A program made the position numbers and the translations under genes. The notes under the pieces are model-generated. The model was not told the origin of the DNA, did not search any database, and saw only the letters and a list, made by a program, of their open reading frames with translations. Below, piece by piece: positions 38,042-48,476 of a DNA stretch of 64,000 nt. Every line of letters starts with the position of its first letter. Position 1 is the stretch's first letter. The DNA is from Oligoflexales bacterium (lineage in GTDB: Bacteria; Bdellovibrionota_B; Oligoflexia; Oligoflexales; JAPPIL01). The stretch is taken from assembly GCA_965215515.1 (NCBI GenBank), contig OZ244057.1, positions 448,001-512,000 of the forward strand. Reading direction: 5' to 3'.

Positions 38042-38917
38042 ATGAATGATGACGCAAGGCAAGACCATAACGGCAGCACATTGCCGATGGTCATCTCGTT
38101 ACGCGGCGACGAGAAAGAGTTTACCCTCACCGCCGAAGACGTGATGGCAGCACTGGACATCAAACGTTCACGCCTAACCCAAATATCTGGGCGTGAACTG
38201 CGCGTCGGCAGACGGCGAGTCGATCGTTACCTCAAACCCTTCTACCGCCCCGCCGATGTGCATGCTTATCAAGAACTTACCCGCGCGGCCCTGACACGGC
38301 AACGGTCGGCCGCCGCAGTCAGTTCCGTCGCTGACGATATCGAGACACGCCACAAAAACTTACTACAAGAAACAACTACCCAACTGCGTACCGCACTGAC
38401 TGACACCAGCCGTACCCTACAAAAAAACCTCCGTGACTTGCTGATCAGTAGCCACACCAAAACACGCCAGCTAACCACCGCGAGCAACCTCCTCCAAAAA
38501 AATAAAATCCTGCGCGGCATAGAAACCTTAGCCCGTCATGGATACAAACTACTAGCTGCGTTTGAGCAGCAGAGCACGGCCCTGCACGACCGTGCCGTGC
38601 AGCAGATACAGGAACTTCTGCACACCCAACACACCCACACCCTACAAACAATACGCGACAACACCTCCAGCCAGCGCGACACACTCGCAGCTAGCGACGC
38701 GGCACACACCGCGCAGCTGCTCACCCTCCAGCAAAGCAGCGAGGACATCGCACGACAGCTGCGCGACCTAAACACACGACAAAAACACCAACTACATGCC
38801 CTCCACAGACTAGTGACCACACAATTACGCACGCTGGAACACACCACCACCCGAGAACTGCAAGCTCTACACCGCACCACCTCCCCCGTGCGCGTGTGGT
38901 CTTCCACACCCCCTTAG
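38042..38917 (+). CDS. Hypothetical protein, N-terminal HTH-like plus coiled coil
   Basis: LTAEDVMAALDIKRSRLTQI followed by heptad-like helix. Confidence 0.55.
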   Translation: MNDDARQDHNGSTLPMVISLRGDEKEFTLTAEDVMAALDIKRSRLTQISGRELRVGRRRVDRYLKPFYRPADVHAYQELTRAALTRQRSAAAVSSVADDIETRHKNLLQETTTQLRTALTDTSRTLQKNLRDLLISSHTKTRQLTTASNLLQKNKILRGIETLARHGYKLLAAFEQQSTALHDRAVQQIQELLHTQHTHTLQTIRDNTSSQRDTLAASDAAHTAQLLTLQQSSEDIARQLRDLNTRQKHQLHALHRLVTTQLRTLEHTTTRELQALHRTTSPVRVWSSTPP

Positions 38918-38927
38918 CCGCATCGCG

Positions 38928-39668
38928 CTAGTCAAACAATGCCTTGAGGTAGTTACGGTTGAGCTGAGCGATGAAGTTGACGGATATCTCCTTGGGACAC
39001 ACCGCCTCACACTCCTGCTGGTTGGTACACGCCCCGAAACCCTCGGCATCCATCGCCGCGACCATGTTGCGTACCCGCACAGCGTTTTCCACCCGCCCCT
39101 GCGGCAACATACGCAAATGCCCGACCTTCGCCGCGACGAACAACAGCGCGGAGGAGTTTTTGCAAGCTGCCGCACACGCCCCACAACCGATACATTGTGC
39201 GGCATCCATCGCGGTCTCGGCATCCTGCTGCGCGATCGGCATAACATTGGCATCAGGAGCACTGCCCGTGTTGCACGAAACATACCCCCCCGCCGCAATG
39301 ATGCGATCAAAAGCACGTCGATCGACAACCAGATCTTTAACAAGAGGAAAGGCTCGCACACGCCACGGCTCGACATAGATATCAGCACCATCACGAAAAT
39401 TACGCATCATCAGCTGACACGTAGTCACGCCCCGCCCCACCCCGTGTGCCACACCGTCGATAACCAACGAACACGCACCGCAAATACCCTCGCGACAATC
39501 GTGATCGAAAGCAATCGGCTCCTCCCCCTTCTCGGTCAACCCCTCGTTAAGTAGGTCAAGCATTTCCAAAAAAGAGACATCACCACCAATATCACGCACT
39601 TCGTAAACAACCAGCCGCCCCTCAGCCTGTGCATGCCGCTGCCGCCAGATATGCAGTTTGAAATTCAC
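38928..39668 (-). CDS. sdhB: Succinate dehydrogenase/fumarate reductase Fe-S subunit
   Basis: [24 protein letters not shown]. Confidence 0.96.
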   Translation of the reverse strand: MNFKLHIWRQRHAQAEGRLVVYEVRDIGGDVSFLEMLDLLNEGLTEKGEEPIAFDHDCREGICGACSLVIDGVAHGVGRGVTTCQLMMRNFRDGADIYVEPWRVRAFPLVKDLVVDRRAFDRIIAAGGYVSCNTGSAPDANVMPIAQQDAETAMDAAQCIGCGACAAACKNSSALLFVAAKVGHLRMLPQGRVENAVRVRNMVAAMDAEGFGACTNQQECEAVCPKEISVNFIAQLNRNYLKALFD

Positions 39669-41575
39669 TTGTAACTCCTCTGTGCCAGCGCCACCTGCTC
39701 GAAACGCAGCGGTTCTTTGTGCAACTGCGGCTCACCCGCCGTGCTCTGTTGCCAAACACTGACATGTGCAAACTCGGCATCGTTACGCTGTGCTTCACCC
39801 TCCGCCGTCTGATACTCGGTGCGAAAATGCCCCCCACACGACTCTTCCCGCGCCAACGCATCACGACACATCAACTGCGCAAACTCCAGAAAATCCGCCA
39901 CCCGCCCTGCCTTCTCCAACGCCTGATTGAAAGATGCCGCGCTGCCAGGCACACACAAATTGCGCCGAAATTCCTCTTGTAACTGCGGGATTTCCTGCAG
40001 TGCTCGTCGCAACGACGCGGCATTGCGCGCCATCCCACAGTTGTCCCACATGATTTTGCCCAGTCGGCGATGAAAGTAATCGACACTGCGCTTACCCTTG
40101 CGCTGTAACAACGCCGCGATCGCCTGCTCACACTCTCGTTGCACCTGCGCCGCTCCTTTCTCTGCCGCACGGCGATCGCACGCAGGCACAGCAGCAAGAT
40201 ACTGCCCTAACGTGTAGGGGAGAATAAAATAACCGTCCGCTAACCCTTGCATCAACGCACTAGCACCGAGACGGTTCGCCCCGTGATCAGAAAAATTCGC
40301 CTCCCCGATAACAAACAACCCGTCGAGATTACTCATCAAGTTGTAATCGACCCACAGACCACCCATCGTGTAGTGTGCCGCAGGGAAGATACGCATCGGC
40401 GTGTGATAGGGATCTTCGTTCGTAATCTCCCTATACATGCTAAAAAGATTGCCATAACGTTGAGCGATGACATCTTTGCCCAGCCGCTGTAGTGCGTCAG
40501 CAAAATCAAGATAGACACCCATGCCCGTCATGCCTACGCCGTAACCGTCATCGCATACCTGCAAAGCGGCGCGTGAGGCGATGTCCCGCGGCGCAAGGTT
40601 GCCGTAAGCAGGGTAACGCCGCTCGAGAAAATAATCGCGCTGCGCTGCGGGAATTTCGTGAGGTGCACGACGATCGCCTTTGCAGGCTGGCACCCACACC
40701 CTCCCATCGTTGCGCAACGACTCCGACATTAGAGTCAACTTAGACTGGTGCTCACCGCTGACAGGGATACAAGTCGGATGAATCTGCGTGAAACAGGGAT
40801 TGGCAAACCCCGCCCCGCGTTTGTAAGCACGATACGTGGCGGTAACGTTACAACCCATCGCATTGGTGGAAAGAAAGAACACGTTAGCATAACCACCCGT
40901 CGCCAATACCACCGCGTCGCCATAACAGGTGCGCAACGCTCCGCCGACTAAATCACGCACAACCACGCCACAAGCACGCCCCTCGACCATCACGAGATCG
41001 AGCATTTCATGGCGAGCATGCATAACCACCTTGCCTGCTGCCACCTGCCGTGCCAACGCACCATACGCGCCGAGCAACAACTGTTGTCCCGTCTGGCCGC
41101 GGGCATAGAAGGTGCGTGACACCTGCGCTCCTCCGAAAGAGCGATTGGCCAGCATCCCACCGTACTCACGGGCGAACGGCACACCTTGCGCCACGCACTG
41201 GTCGATGATTGCACCGCTGATTTCCGCCAGACGGTAGACATTAGCCTCCCGTGCCCGAAAATCACCTCCCTTTATGGTATCGTAAAAAAGCCGAAAGACG
41301 CTATCGCCATCGCCCTGATAATTGCGAGCTGCGTTGATGCCTCCCTGTGCGGCGATACTGTGGGCACGGCGCGGGCTGTCTTGAAAACAAAAGCACTCGA
41401 CCGCATACCCCAACTCCGCCAGCGTCGCCGCGGCGGAGCTACCCGCCAAACCGCTGCCGACGACGATAATCTTGAACTTACGCTTGTTGGCAGGCGATAC
41501 CAGCGGCAGCGTGGATTTGTAGTGCTGCCACTTTGTGGCCAGCGCACCGTCAGGAATACGTGCTGCGAGGTTCAT
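39665..41575 (-). CDS. sdhA: Succinate dehydrogenase/fumarate reductase flavoprotein
   Basis: [29 protein letters not shown]. Confidence 0.96.
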   Translation of the reverse strand: MNLAARIPDGALATKWQHYKSTLPLVSPANKRKFKIIVVGSGLAGSSAAATLAELGYAVECFCFQDSPRRAHSIAAQGGINAARNYQGDGDSVFRLFYDTIKGGDFRAREANVYRLAEISGAIIDQCVAQGVPFAREYGGMLANRSFGGAQVSRTFYARGQTGQQLLLGAYGALARQVAAGKVVMHARHEMLDLVMVEGRACGVVVRDLVGGALRTCYGDAVVLATGGYANVFFLSTNAMGCNVTATYRAYKRGAGFANPCFTQIHPTCIPVSGEHQSKLTLMSESLRNDGRVWVPACKGDRRAPHEIPAAQRDYFLERRYPAYGNLAPRDIASRAALQVCDDGYGVGMTGMGVYLDFADALQRLGKDVIAQRYGNLFSMYREITNEDPYHTPMRIFPAAHYTMGGLWVDYNLMSNLDGLFVIGEANFSDHGANRLGASALMQGLADGYFILPYTLGQYLAAVPACDRRAAEKGAAQVQRECEQAIAALLQRKGKRSVDYFHRRLGKIMWDNCGMARNAASLRRALQEIPQLQEEFRRNLCVPGSAASFNQALEKAGRVADFLEFAQLMCRDALAREESCGGHFRTEYQTAEGEAQRNDAEFAHVSVWQQSTAGEPQLHKEPLRFEQVALAQRSYK

Positions 41576-42249
41576 GCTACAACACCGAGGTACACCGCCA
41601 GTGGCAAGGACATGTTGCCGAGCATAATCAGCCAAGCCAAAGCACGCCCGCCGCTAGCGACCACCCGCTGGTACTTGTAGCCATTCAACCCCAGCGTTTG
41701 CAGCGACGAACTCAAACCATGTTGCAAGTGCAAGCCGAGAAACAACATGGCCAGCACATAAAAAAAAGTCACGGCAGGATTTTGGAAACCGAGCACTAAC
41801 ATCTGATAGACATCGGTAGCACCGAGTCGGGCGAAACGAGCATCAGTGATCCGCCAAGTAAAGTGTGCCAGATGGTAGAGTACAAACAACAACACGACAC
41901 TGCCCGTCAGCAACATGGTGCGTGAACTGAAACTCGCGGTGCGGTAACTGCGCTTGACATAGCGTCCCCCCGCACGGCGGTTGCGCAGCTGCAAGATAAC
42001 AGCGCAGAGAAGATGCACACACAAACAGATGCACAACAGCACCCGCGCTGGCCACAGCAAATAGGGTGCGTCGTGCAGACTTTGAGCGTAGGCATTGAGC
42101 ACCTCAGGCCCGAAGTAAAGCAGCAGATTGCCAGCCAGATGCGCACAGACAAAACCGCCTAGTGCCAAGCCAGTGACCGCCATCGCGAGCTTCAGTGTCA
42201 CCGATGAAGGGAGAGAAACTGTCGCTACACTTGCCGTACCATTCGCCAT
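41572..42249 (-). CDS. sdhC: Succinate dehydrogenase cytochrome b subunit
   Basis: MAVTGL..HLAGNL, conserved His residues, five TM segments. Confidence 0.92.
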   Translation of the reverse strand: MANGTASVATVSLPSSVTLKLAMAVTGLALGGFVCAHLAGNLLLYFGPEVLNAYAQSLHDAPYLLWPARVLLCICLCVHLLCAVILQLRNRRAGGRYVKRSYRTASFSSRTMLLTGSVVLLFVLYHLAHFTWRITDARFARLGATDVYQMLVLGFQNPAVTFFYVLAMLFLGLHLQHGLSSSLQTLGLNGYKYQRVVASGGRALAWLIMLGNMSLPLAVYLGVVA

Positions 42250-42342
42250 AGGCTCGCGAGCCTATAGCACTGCGGCGAAAAACTCAATCCCGAACCGATG
42301 TGCGTTTGCTGAAAGGTTATTTTGGACTACCTCGAAAGATTG

Positions 42343-43731
42343 TTAAACGTCAAAAATCTTGCCAGGATTGCAGGTAGTGTGAGGGTCGAGTCCGTGTTTG
42401 ATGATGCGCATCAGTTCGATCTCCAAGGTCGAGCGTGACAGTGTGAGGTAATCTTTTTTGCGTAAGCCTATACCGTGCTCGGCACTGATACTGCCACACC
42501 ACTCCCCTACCAAGCGGTGCATGGTGCGATCCATGTTCGCCAAGCGCTCTGCTGCCGCGCCGTTGTTACTGGCAAAGTTGATATGCAGGTTGCCGTCGGC
42601 GATGTGCCCGAACAACACCATCTCGATATCACGAGCAGCATCTCTTGCTAAACGCTGCTGCATCGTGCCGATGAATGTGCCGATGCGAGGGGGCGAAATA
42701 GACACGTCGCCTTTTTTCAGTAGTTTGTAGGTGCTGAGTGCCTCACTGATCAGTTCACGGTAACTCCATAACATGTGTCGATCTGCCGCAGACTGGGCAA
42801 TCACCCCATCTTCGGCTAGTTGACGAGCAAAAACTCGCGCCACGAATTGTTCGACTACCGCCCGCTCACCATCTAGTTCGAGCAACACCACCCCCGCGGC
42901 TTTCTTCTTAAAGAGTGGTTGTAGGTGTTTGTAGGTGCGCAAAACCAGACGATAGGCACTGTGTGAAAAGAATTCAAAAGTGTGCAGAGTTGCCTGATTG
43001 AGATGGGACATTTCCAGCAAGGACAATACCTGATTGAAATCAGTCACTGCAAAACACATCGTAGTAAGCTTGGCGGGGGGGGGAACAAGCTTCAATGTCG
43101 CGGCGGTAACAATACCGAGTGTGCCCTCCGCACCGATGAAAAGCTGTTTCAAATCATAACCCGTGTTATCCTTCCGCAAAGAACTGCCGAGCTGCACAAA
43201 ACGTCCATCGGGTAAAACCACCTCCAACCCCAACACCTGTTCACGCATGCCGCCATAACGGATGAACTGCGTACCTCCTGCATTGGTCGCGATGTTGCCG
43301 CCAATTTGAGCGCTGCCACGGGCAGCCAAATTTAGGGCAAACATAACCCCTGCACGTGCGGCTGCCTCCTGCAACTGTTGGGTGGTGACCCCCGCATCCA
43401 CCACCGCAAACATGCCCGTGCGGTTTATTTCTCGCACCTTATTCATCCGTGCCAACGAAATAACCACCTCGCCGCGCCCAGCAACCGCCCCACCGACCAA
43501 ACCCGTGCGACCACCGCTGGGCACATACGGCATGCGCTGCCGATAACAATAAGTAACTACCTCCTGCACTTCCCGTCGCGTCGCGGGCAGAACTACCACC
43601 GCAGGACACGGCTCGAACTCCTTCGTCCAGTCCTTGCCCCAATGCCTCAAATCATCGGGCGCACGGCGCACATTCTGCCTGCCCACCACACGCTCGAAAT
43701 AAGCTGACGCTGGTGAATTCATGACAGCCAT
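42343..43731 (-). CDS. FAD-binding oxidoreductase (D-2-hydroxyacid dehydrogenase/GlcD-like)
   Basis: GGRTGLVGG, GGNIATNAGG, GAEGTLG, GHIADGNLH, EHGIG, NPGK. Confidence 0.9.
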   Translation of the reverse strand: MAVMNSPASAYFERVVGRQNVRRAPDDLRHWGKDWTKEFEPCPAVVVLPATRREVQEVVTYCYRQRMPYVPSGGRTGLVGGAVAGRGEVVISLARMNKVREINRTGMFAVVDAGVTTQQLQEAAARAGVMFALNLAARGSAQIGGNIATNAGGTQFIRYGGMREQVLGLEVVLPDGRFVQLGSSLRKDNTGYDLKQLFIGAEGTLGIVTAATLKLVPPPAKLTTMCFAVTDFNQVLSLLEMSHLNQATLHTFEFFSHSAYRLVLRTYKHLQPLFKKKAAGVVLLELDGERAVVEQFVARVFARQLAEDGVIAQSAADRHMLWSYRELISEALSTYKLLKKGDVSISPPRIGTFIGTMQQRLARDAARDIEMVLFGHIADGNLHINFASNNGAAAERLANMDRTMHRLVGEWCGSISAEHGIGLRKKDYLTLSRSTLEIELMRIIKHGLDPHTTCNPGKIFDV

Positions 43732-43904
43732 CCTGATCTCATTACTAAAATAAACTTGGATTCTATCTTTATTCACAAAAACAAGCAAGGTGAAATAGCG
43801 AAAATTTTATTGATGATAGGTTTAAAAAATAATTTAATTTTTGTTAAATTTATTTGCAAAGCTCCGATAGCGGCTGTGTGTAAGGCGTAGTGAGGGAGAG
43901 GGCG

Positions 43905-45164
43905 ATGCAAGTATTGCTGGCAACAGTGCTGCTTTTCTCGATCGCGGGTTGTGGTGCAGATGAGCTGTCAGGACGTTTCCCTGCCGCGTATGGCAGCTTC
44001 GGTAACGAAATGCGACCGCCGACAGACTATTATCGCGCTTTGCTAGTAACCCGTTTCAATACTAACGATACTACCGTTACCTCAGACAGAAAGGTTTTCT
44101 TGAATTTTGGCGGCGGCGAAATTTATAAAGGATTTGATAAAAATCAGTCGTTTATTCTATGTAATGAAGCCATTACAATTAATCCTGCCGCACTCACCGT
44201 GCGAGAGCAAGAGGAAGTTTTTGATGAAGTGAAAAAATTGTTCAGCGTCGCCGACGCACCGTTGTCCCTGGTTTTGGACGAGCCGTTGACAGGTGATTAC
44301 TCAACCGTGCATATCGGTGGGGAACACCATGCCTTGGGTTGTCAGAGCCAGCCCGTGTTAGGCATTGCTCCCAGCGATCAGGGCGATGTTAATCCTGCCG
44401 ATGTCGGTTTTGTGTTCAGTAACATGCGAGAGCTATTGCCGCACGCTATTGCCCACGTTGTCGGGCGTGTAAGCGGTTTACCCCTGCAAAACAACGCACG
44501 TGACACCGTTATGGCTCGTCACATCTCCAACCACACACCGCTGGTCTTGCGCGCACAAGAGCGGCAGATTTTACGTACCCAACACACTGCCGCAGCACGA
44601 GTTGCAAGCGATAAGTTACCTGGGGAAACTTTTATCAGCACTATCAGTGCAATGCTGGGTGAGCTGGATAAAGACGAGATGCTCGATATCGGCCCGCTGC
44701 AAGAAGAATTGCGCACTATCGTGCCCACGACAGTAAAATTACCCGCTTTGGCACGTGCCTTGAGTGTTATCCACATACTTGGACTCGATCAAGAAAGCCT
44801 CAAGCAGAACGGCAAGTGGGGCACACTAAAAAATATCCTAGGTAAAGTACTCAAGAATACCATCATCAAAAGTGTGCAAAAACCCCGCGCCGTGCGCAAC
44901 AACGTCTCCACCTCGATCGCTGATGCCTTAGGCGATGCCTGGCAAAAAAACAAAAGCGCAAGCAAACAAGACCGCCGTCTTACCAGACTCCCCGACCTCG
45001 CCCGTCTGTTGGAGCTGGATACCCTACACGAAAGCGCACAACTGTTCCCCCTGCTGCACGCACAACGACAGCTGCTAGCACGCACAGTAGACGGCACGGA
45101 GCACGACAGTATGCTGTCGCTCCTCAAAGTCGGCTATTTTCAACAGCTCGCGGCAAAAGAATAA
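43905..45164 (+). CDS. Lipoprotein with degenerate matrixin-like domain
   Basis: Lipobox IAGC; GIAP..D..N..DVGFVFS followed by AHVVGRVSGL and TVM. Confidence 0.5.
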   Translation: MQVLLATVLLFSIAGCGADELSGRFPAAYGSFGNEMRPPTDYYRALLVTRFNTNDTTVTSDRKVFLNFGGGEIYKGFDKNQSFILCNEAITINPAALTVREQEEVFDEVKKLFSVADAPLSLVLDEPLTGDYSTVHIGGEHHALGCQSQPVLGIAPSDQGDVNPADVGFVFSNMRELLPHAIAHVVGRVSGLPLQNNARDTVMARHISNHTPLVLRAQERQILRTQHTAAARVASDKLPGETFISTISAMLGELDKDEMLDIGPLQEELRTIVPTTVKLPALARALSVIHILGLDQESLKQNGKWGTLKNILGKVLKNTIIKSVQKPRAVRNNVSTSIADALGDAWQKNKSASKQDRRLTRLPDLARLLELDTLHESAQLFPLLHAQRQLLARTVDGTEHDSMLSLLKVGYFQQLAAKE

Positions 45165-45166
45165 GA

Positions 45167-46231
45167 TCAGAACATGTAGTTGCCACGCAAGGCGAAATCC
45201 ATCTCTTGCATGTTGTACTCCTCCGCCGAGGCCTGTGACTCAAGCGGGAAGGTTTCCTCCCCAAAAGTATAGCCGACCGCTATCCCCGCCACAGCATTGG
45301 AGGTAACACGATAATCGACCGCCGTATGTGCACTCAACGTCGCGATGTTGTGCGCAGTAACGCTGTTTTCGGTCTCGTAATAAGCCGTGGCATAGGCGAC
45401 ATCGCCCTCAACCCGCACGCGATCGCTCTGCCACTCGACCGTAGCACGCAACACAGACTGGTCTTCATGTCCAACCTGGAGAGCACTCCAGCGTTTTAAT
45501 TGGTACACACCACCGAAATTGAGGCTGTCATCCCAAACATAACGTCCGTGCAGCGTCAAAATGGCAGGTACCTCCACATCGTCGCCGCTTTCCGCCGTTT
45601 GCCATGCTACCCCCGCCTCAAAGTCCGTGGCAGTGACCGTCATGGCTGGCACAAGGGAATACGAACTGCCGCTAGTGTGCATATCACCCCCGTGCGTGGC
45701 GGCAAAATAATGCGTCGGAGAATAATCCCGCACAGCATACTGGTAATTGACCCGCAAGCCGAGCGCCACCATGTCCCGCACATGATAACTCAACAGCGGA
45801 GCAATGTGCAGCGTGTTGATTTCGTTGTATCTGGTGTGCGCACTCTGTGTTGTCGTGCGCAACAGATCGGGAATCGCTTCCCCCTTGATAATCTCATCAG
45901 GCTCACTTAATACCGAAGTGATGTTTAAACCGATGTTGAGATTAGGGACAGGCACAGCCGTAACCGCAGTGAGGTTGAGGATCGCACTCATCCACTCAAA
46001 ATCCCACTTGCCCCGCGCCGTGATCGTCTCATGATCAGATTTGCGATAACCGAGCGTTATGTCGGTCTGCATGCCATCCACCGCATAAAGCTGAGCGGGT
46101 GACACAACCGTCGCACTGTGTAAATGGCTGTTGAACACTGAGGGCAACAAGGGAGCGACAATCTCCTCCGCCGCCACCGCAAAGGGCACGTGCACCAATA
46201 ACGTAGCCGCACCAGCGAGTAACTTACGCAT
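45167..46231 (-). CDS. Putative outer-membrane beta-barrel protein
   Basis: Signal peptide (AVA); terminal FALRGNYMF. Confidence 0.6.
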   Translation of the reverse strand: MRKLLAGAATLLVHVPFAVAAEEIVAPLLPSVFNSHLHSATVVSPAQLYAVDGMQTDITLGYRKSDHETITARGKWDFEWMSAILNLTAVTAVPVPNLNIGLNITSVLSEPDEIIKGEAIPDLLRTTTQSAHTRYNEINTLHIAPLLSYHVRDMVALGLRVNYQYAVRDYSPTHYFAATHGGDMHTSGSSYSLVPAMTVTATDFEAGVAWQTAESGDDVEVPAILTLHGRYVWDDSLNFGGVYQLKRWSALQVGHEDQSVLRATVEWQSDRVRVEGDVAYATAYYETENSVTAHNIATLSAHTAVDYRVTSNAVAGIAVGYTFGEETFPLESQASAEEYNMQEMDFALRGNYMF

Positions 46232-46321
46232 CCTAACTCCTTTATCATGCGTTGGTTAAAACATCCGAGTTGCAAAGAACACACCGTTGATTCTAATAGC
46301 ACAGGAACAATAAAACAACCG

Positions 46322-47428
46322 CTATTCACTTGCCCGTCGCTCAGCATCATCTCCCAGATCAGAGAGATCCTGACCCGTAAGCAGTTCAATAAGCTTGTTC
46401 AATTTGATCACAGGCCCCGCATTATATTCATGATCGCTGCCCTGCTGTAAACCGAGACGAGAGGAGGCGACAACATAGATATTCTGAAAAGCACCCTTGA
46501 TACTACGTTTCAACGCAGCCACCTTGATGTTTAAACCAACCCCCCTGCGCTCCTGCCACTTGCCATTCTTATCCTCAGACCCCAACATGACGCGACCGTC
46601 TTGGTCAACACGATGAAGCAATTCCGTCGCCCCATACTTGTAGTTCAACGAATAACCCACCGAAAAGCCACTGAAATCCTGAGGCCTCTGCAACTCACCG
46701 AACACAAAACCAAGCCCCATACGCAGCCCTACCTTGCCGCGTTTGCGACCCTGCACGACAATATTGACATCAGGAATACCGACCACCGACATCCGAAAAC
46801 GATACCAAGATTCCTCCACCTCCTTGGTAAGCTTGTGGATCTTGATTATCTTGACAGGCACAATTACCACCCCGATAGTGAACGAACCGCCGTTGCGCAA
46901 CAACCCCATGCCTCCCGCCGCCAAGCCAGCCCGTGCACCGCTGGCAGCCTTGGCCGTTTTAGTCGCAGCCTCGGTCGCCTCTGCGGCAACCTCACGGGTG
47001 GCTTTCTTCTTCAAGTTGTCGCCCACCAGCAATTGCCCCCCACCACCGAAGGAGATTATGGCAGCAGAAGGAATGAAATCCTGCAGCCGAAAACCGAAAC
47101 GATTGAAACGGTCTTGGTGATCGTTAATCCACTTATCGGCCGACGCGATCACCTCCGCAAGGCGTTCATCCGCCATGCTGTTTAGGGCATCTATGGTCCT
47201 GCGAGTAACGATGTGAGGCGGAAACTCCTCCCGCAACGCAGTGACGATCAGACGACGTGCCTCAAGCAATGCCTGTACCCGCTCGGCTTTCGTAAAATCA
47301 ATCCAAGGAGTAGTAAGGTAGATATACTTGCTGTCCATCTCAATGTCCGTGTCCTTGAGCTGCGCCACCCGTTGCTCGCCACAGGCAACCACACTCAACA
47401 CCAACGAAAGTGCAGCAACAGTCCTCAT
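46322..47428 (-). CDS. Hypothetical lipoprotein
   Basis: Lipobox VVAC; GGAG RBS. Confidence 0.65.
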   Translation of the reverse strand: MRTVAALSLVLSVVACGEQRVAQLKDTDIEMDSKYIYLTTPWIDFTKAERVQALLEARRLIVTALREEFPPHIVTRRTIDALNSMADERLAEVIASADKWINDHQDRFNRFGFRLQDFIPSAAIISFGGGGQLLVGDNLKKKATREVAAEATEAATKTAKAASGARAGLAAGGMGLLRNGGSFTIGVVIVPVKIIKIHKLTKEVEESWYRFRMSVVGIPDVNIVVQGRKRGKVGLRMGLGFVFGELQRPQDFSGFSVGYSLNYKYGATELLHRVDQDGRVMLGSEDKNGKWQERRGVGLNIKVAALKRSIKGAFQNIYVVASSRLGLQQGSDHEYNAGPVIKLNKLIELLTGQDLSDLGDDAERRASE

Positions 47429-47569
47429 ACATGCTCCGTAAAAATTTTATTTGTGCCTCTGTGTACCTAAAATAAAAATTTTTGTAACCACTATATCTAT
47501 GCTCACCTCCACTCCCATCTCACCTTGACAGAATGATCTAGCCCGTGCTAGAGGCGGCGGCACACGGAG

Positions 47570-48085
47570 ATGGGGATCGTGAGGAACGCTTTTTTGTCCC
47601 AAACTGCGAAAATTACGCCCGCAGTTTTCCCCGCAGAGTTGCGAGCCGTCACGATCACCTGCCGAGGCACACGGATACAGCGCATCGCCTTCGCCGCTCA
47701 GTTCCACACGCCTGCCCACCCTGTGGCCGCAAAACTCCTATCCTTGCTGACTCGCTACTTCGCGGGTGAATGTGTTGACTTCAGCGACGTGCCGCTGCTG
47801 AACACACCAGGCACTGCCTTTCAACAGCTTGTCTGGCGAGCAATCCGTACTATTCCCTACGGCGAGGTGCGCACGTACGCACAACTAGCAGCGACTATCG
47901 GACACCCACGCGCGGGACGCGCGGTAGGGAACGCCGCAGCCGCCAATCCCACCGTCATCGTCATTCCCTGCCATCGTGTCATCAGAAGCGATGGCACGCT
48001 CGGCGACTACGGCGGCGGTGTGACACGCAAACGACAACTGCTCGCCTTGGAAGGTTACCGCTTGCAGGACGAGCTACCACCGTAG
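47570..48085 (+). CDS. ogt: Methylated-DNA--protein-cysteine methyltransferase
   Basis: GTAFQ..VW..IPYGE, RAVG, IPCHRV. Confidence 0.93.
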   Translation: MGIVRNAFLSQTAKITPAVFPAELRAVTITCRGTRIQRIAFAAQFHTPAHPVAAKLLSLLTRYFAGECVDFSDVPLLNTPGTAFQQLVWRAIRTIPYGEVRTYAQLAATIGHPRAGRAVGNAAAANPTVIVIPCHRVIRSDGTLGDYGGGVTRKRQLLALEGYRLQDELPP

Positions 48086-48140
48086 AGGAGCAGAGTTCGC
48101 AGTTGCGGTCAGCAGGAGGACAGGCTAGAATGCGTGACGC

Positions 48141-48476
48141 GTGATGGCAGGGGAAGAACTGAGATATCGGCAGGAGAGGCTTGTCTGGCAGGGCGATGTC
48201 CACTGGCAACGCACCTGCTCACCTTGGTGCTTGGTAACTACTTTACGAGGGGTGAACATTTCTCGCAGCGGTTTGCTGGCCGAGGGTGAGGCACATGCCT
48301 TTGTCGCTATCTTCACCGACCGCGAGACGGTGTTGCACCTCAACGACGGTCGTTGCTACGCGGCGGTCTCGGCCGTGTGCGTGCGGCGGCAGGAACAGCG
48401 GGTAGCCTTCTCCTTCGACGAGACCAACACGGCTCTGGAAGAGCTGTTGGCCCAGATACATGGGGAGGCACAGTGA
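48141..48476 (+). CDS. PilZ-like domain protein
   Basis: Arg-rich N-terminus and NISRSG (N/DxSxxG). Confidence 0.5.
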   Translation: MMAGEELRYRQERLVWQGDVHWQRTCSPWCLVTTLRGVNISRSGLLAEGEAHAFVAIFTDRETVLHLNDGRCYAAVSAVCVRRQEQRVAFSFDETNTALEELLAQIHGEAQ

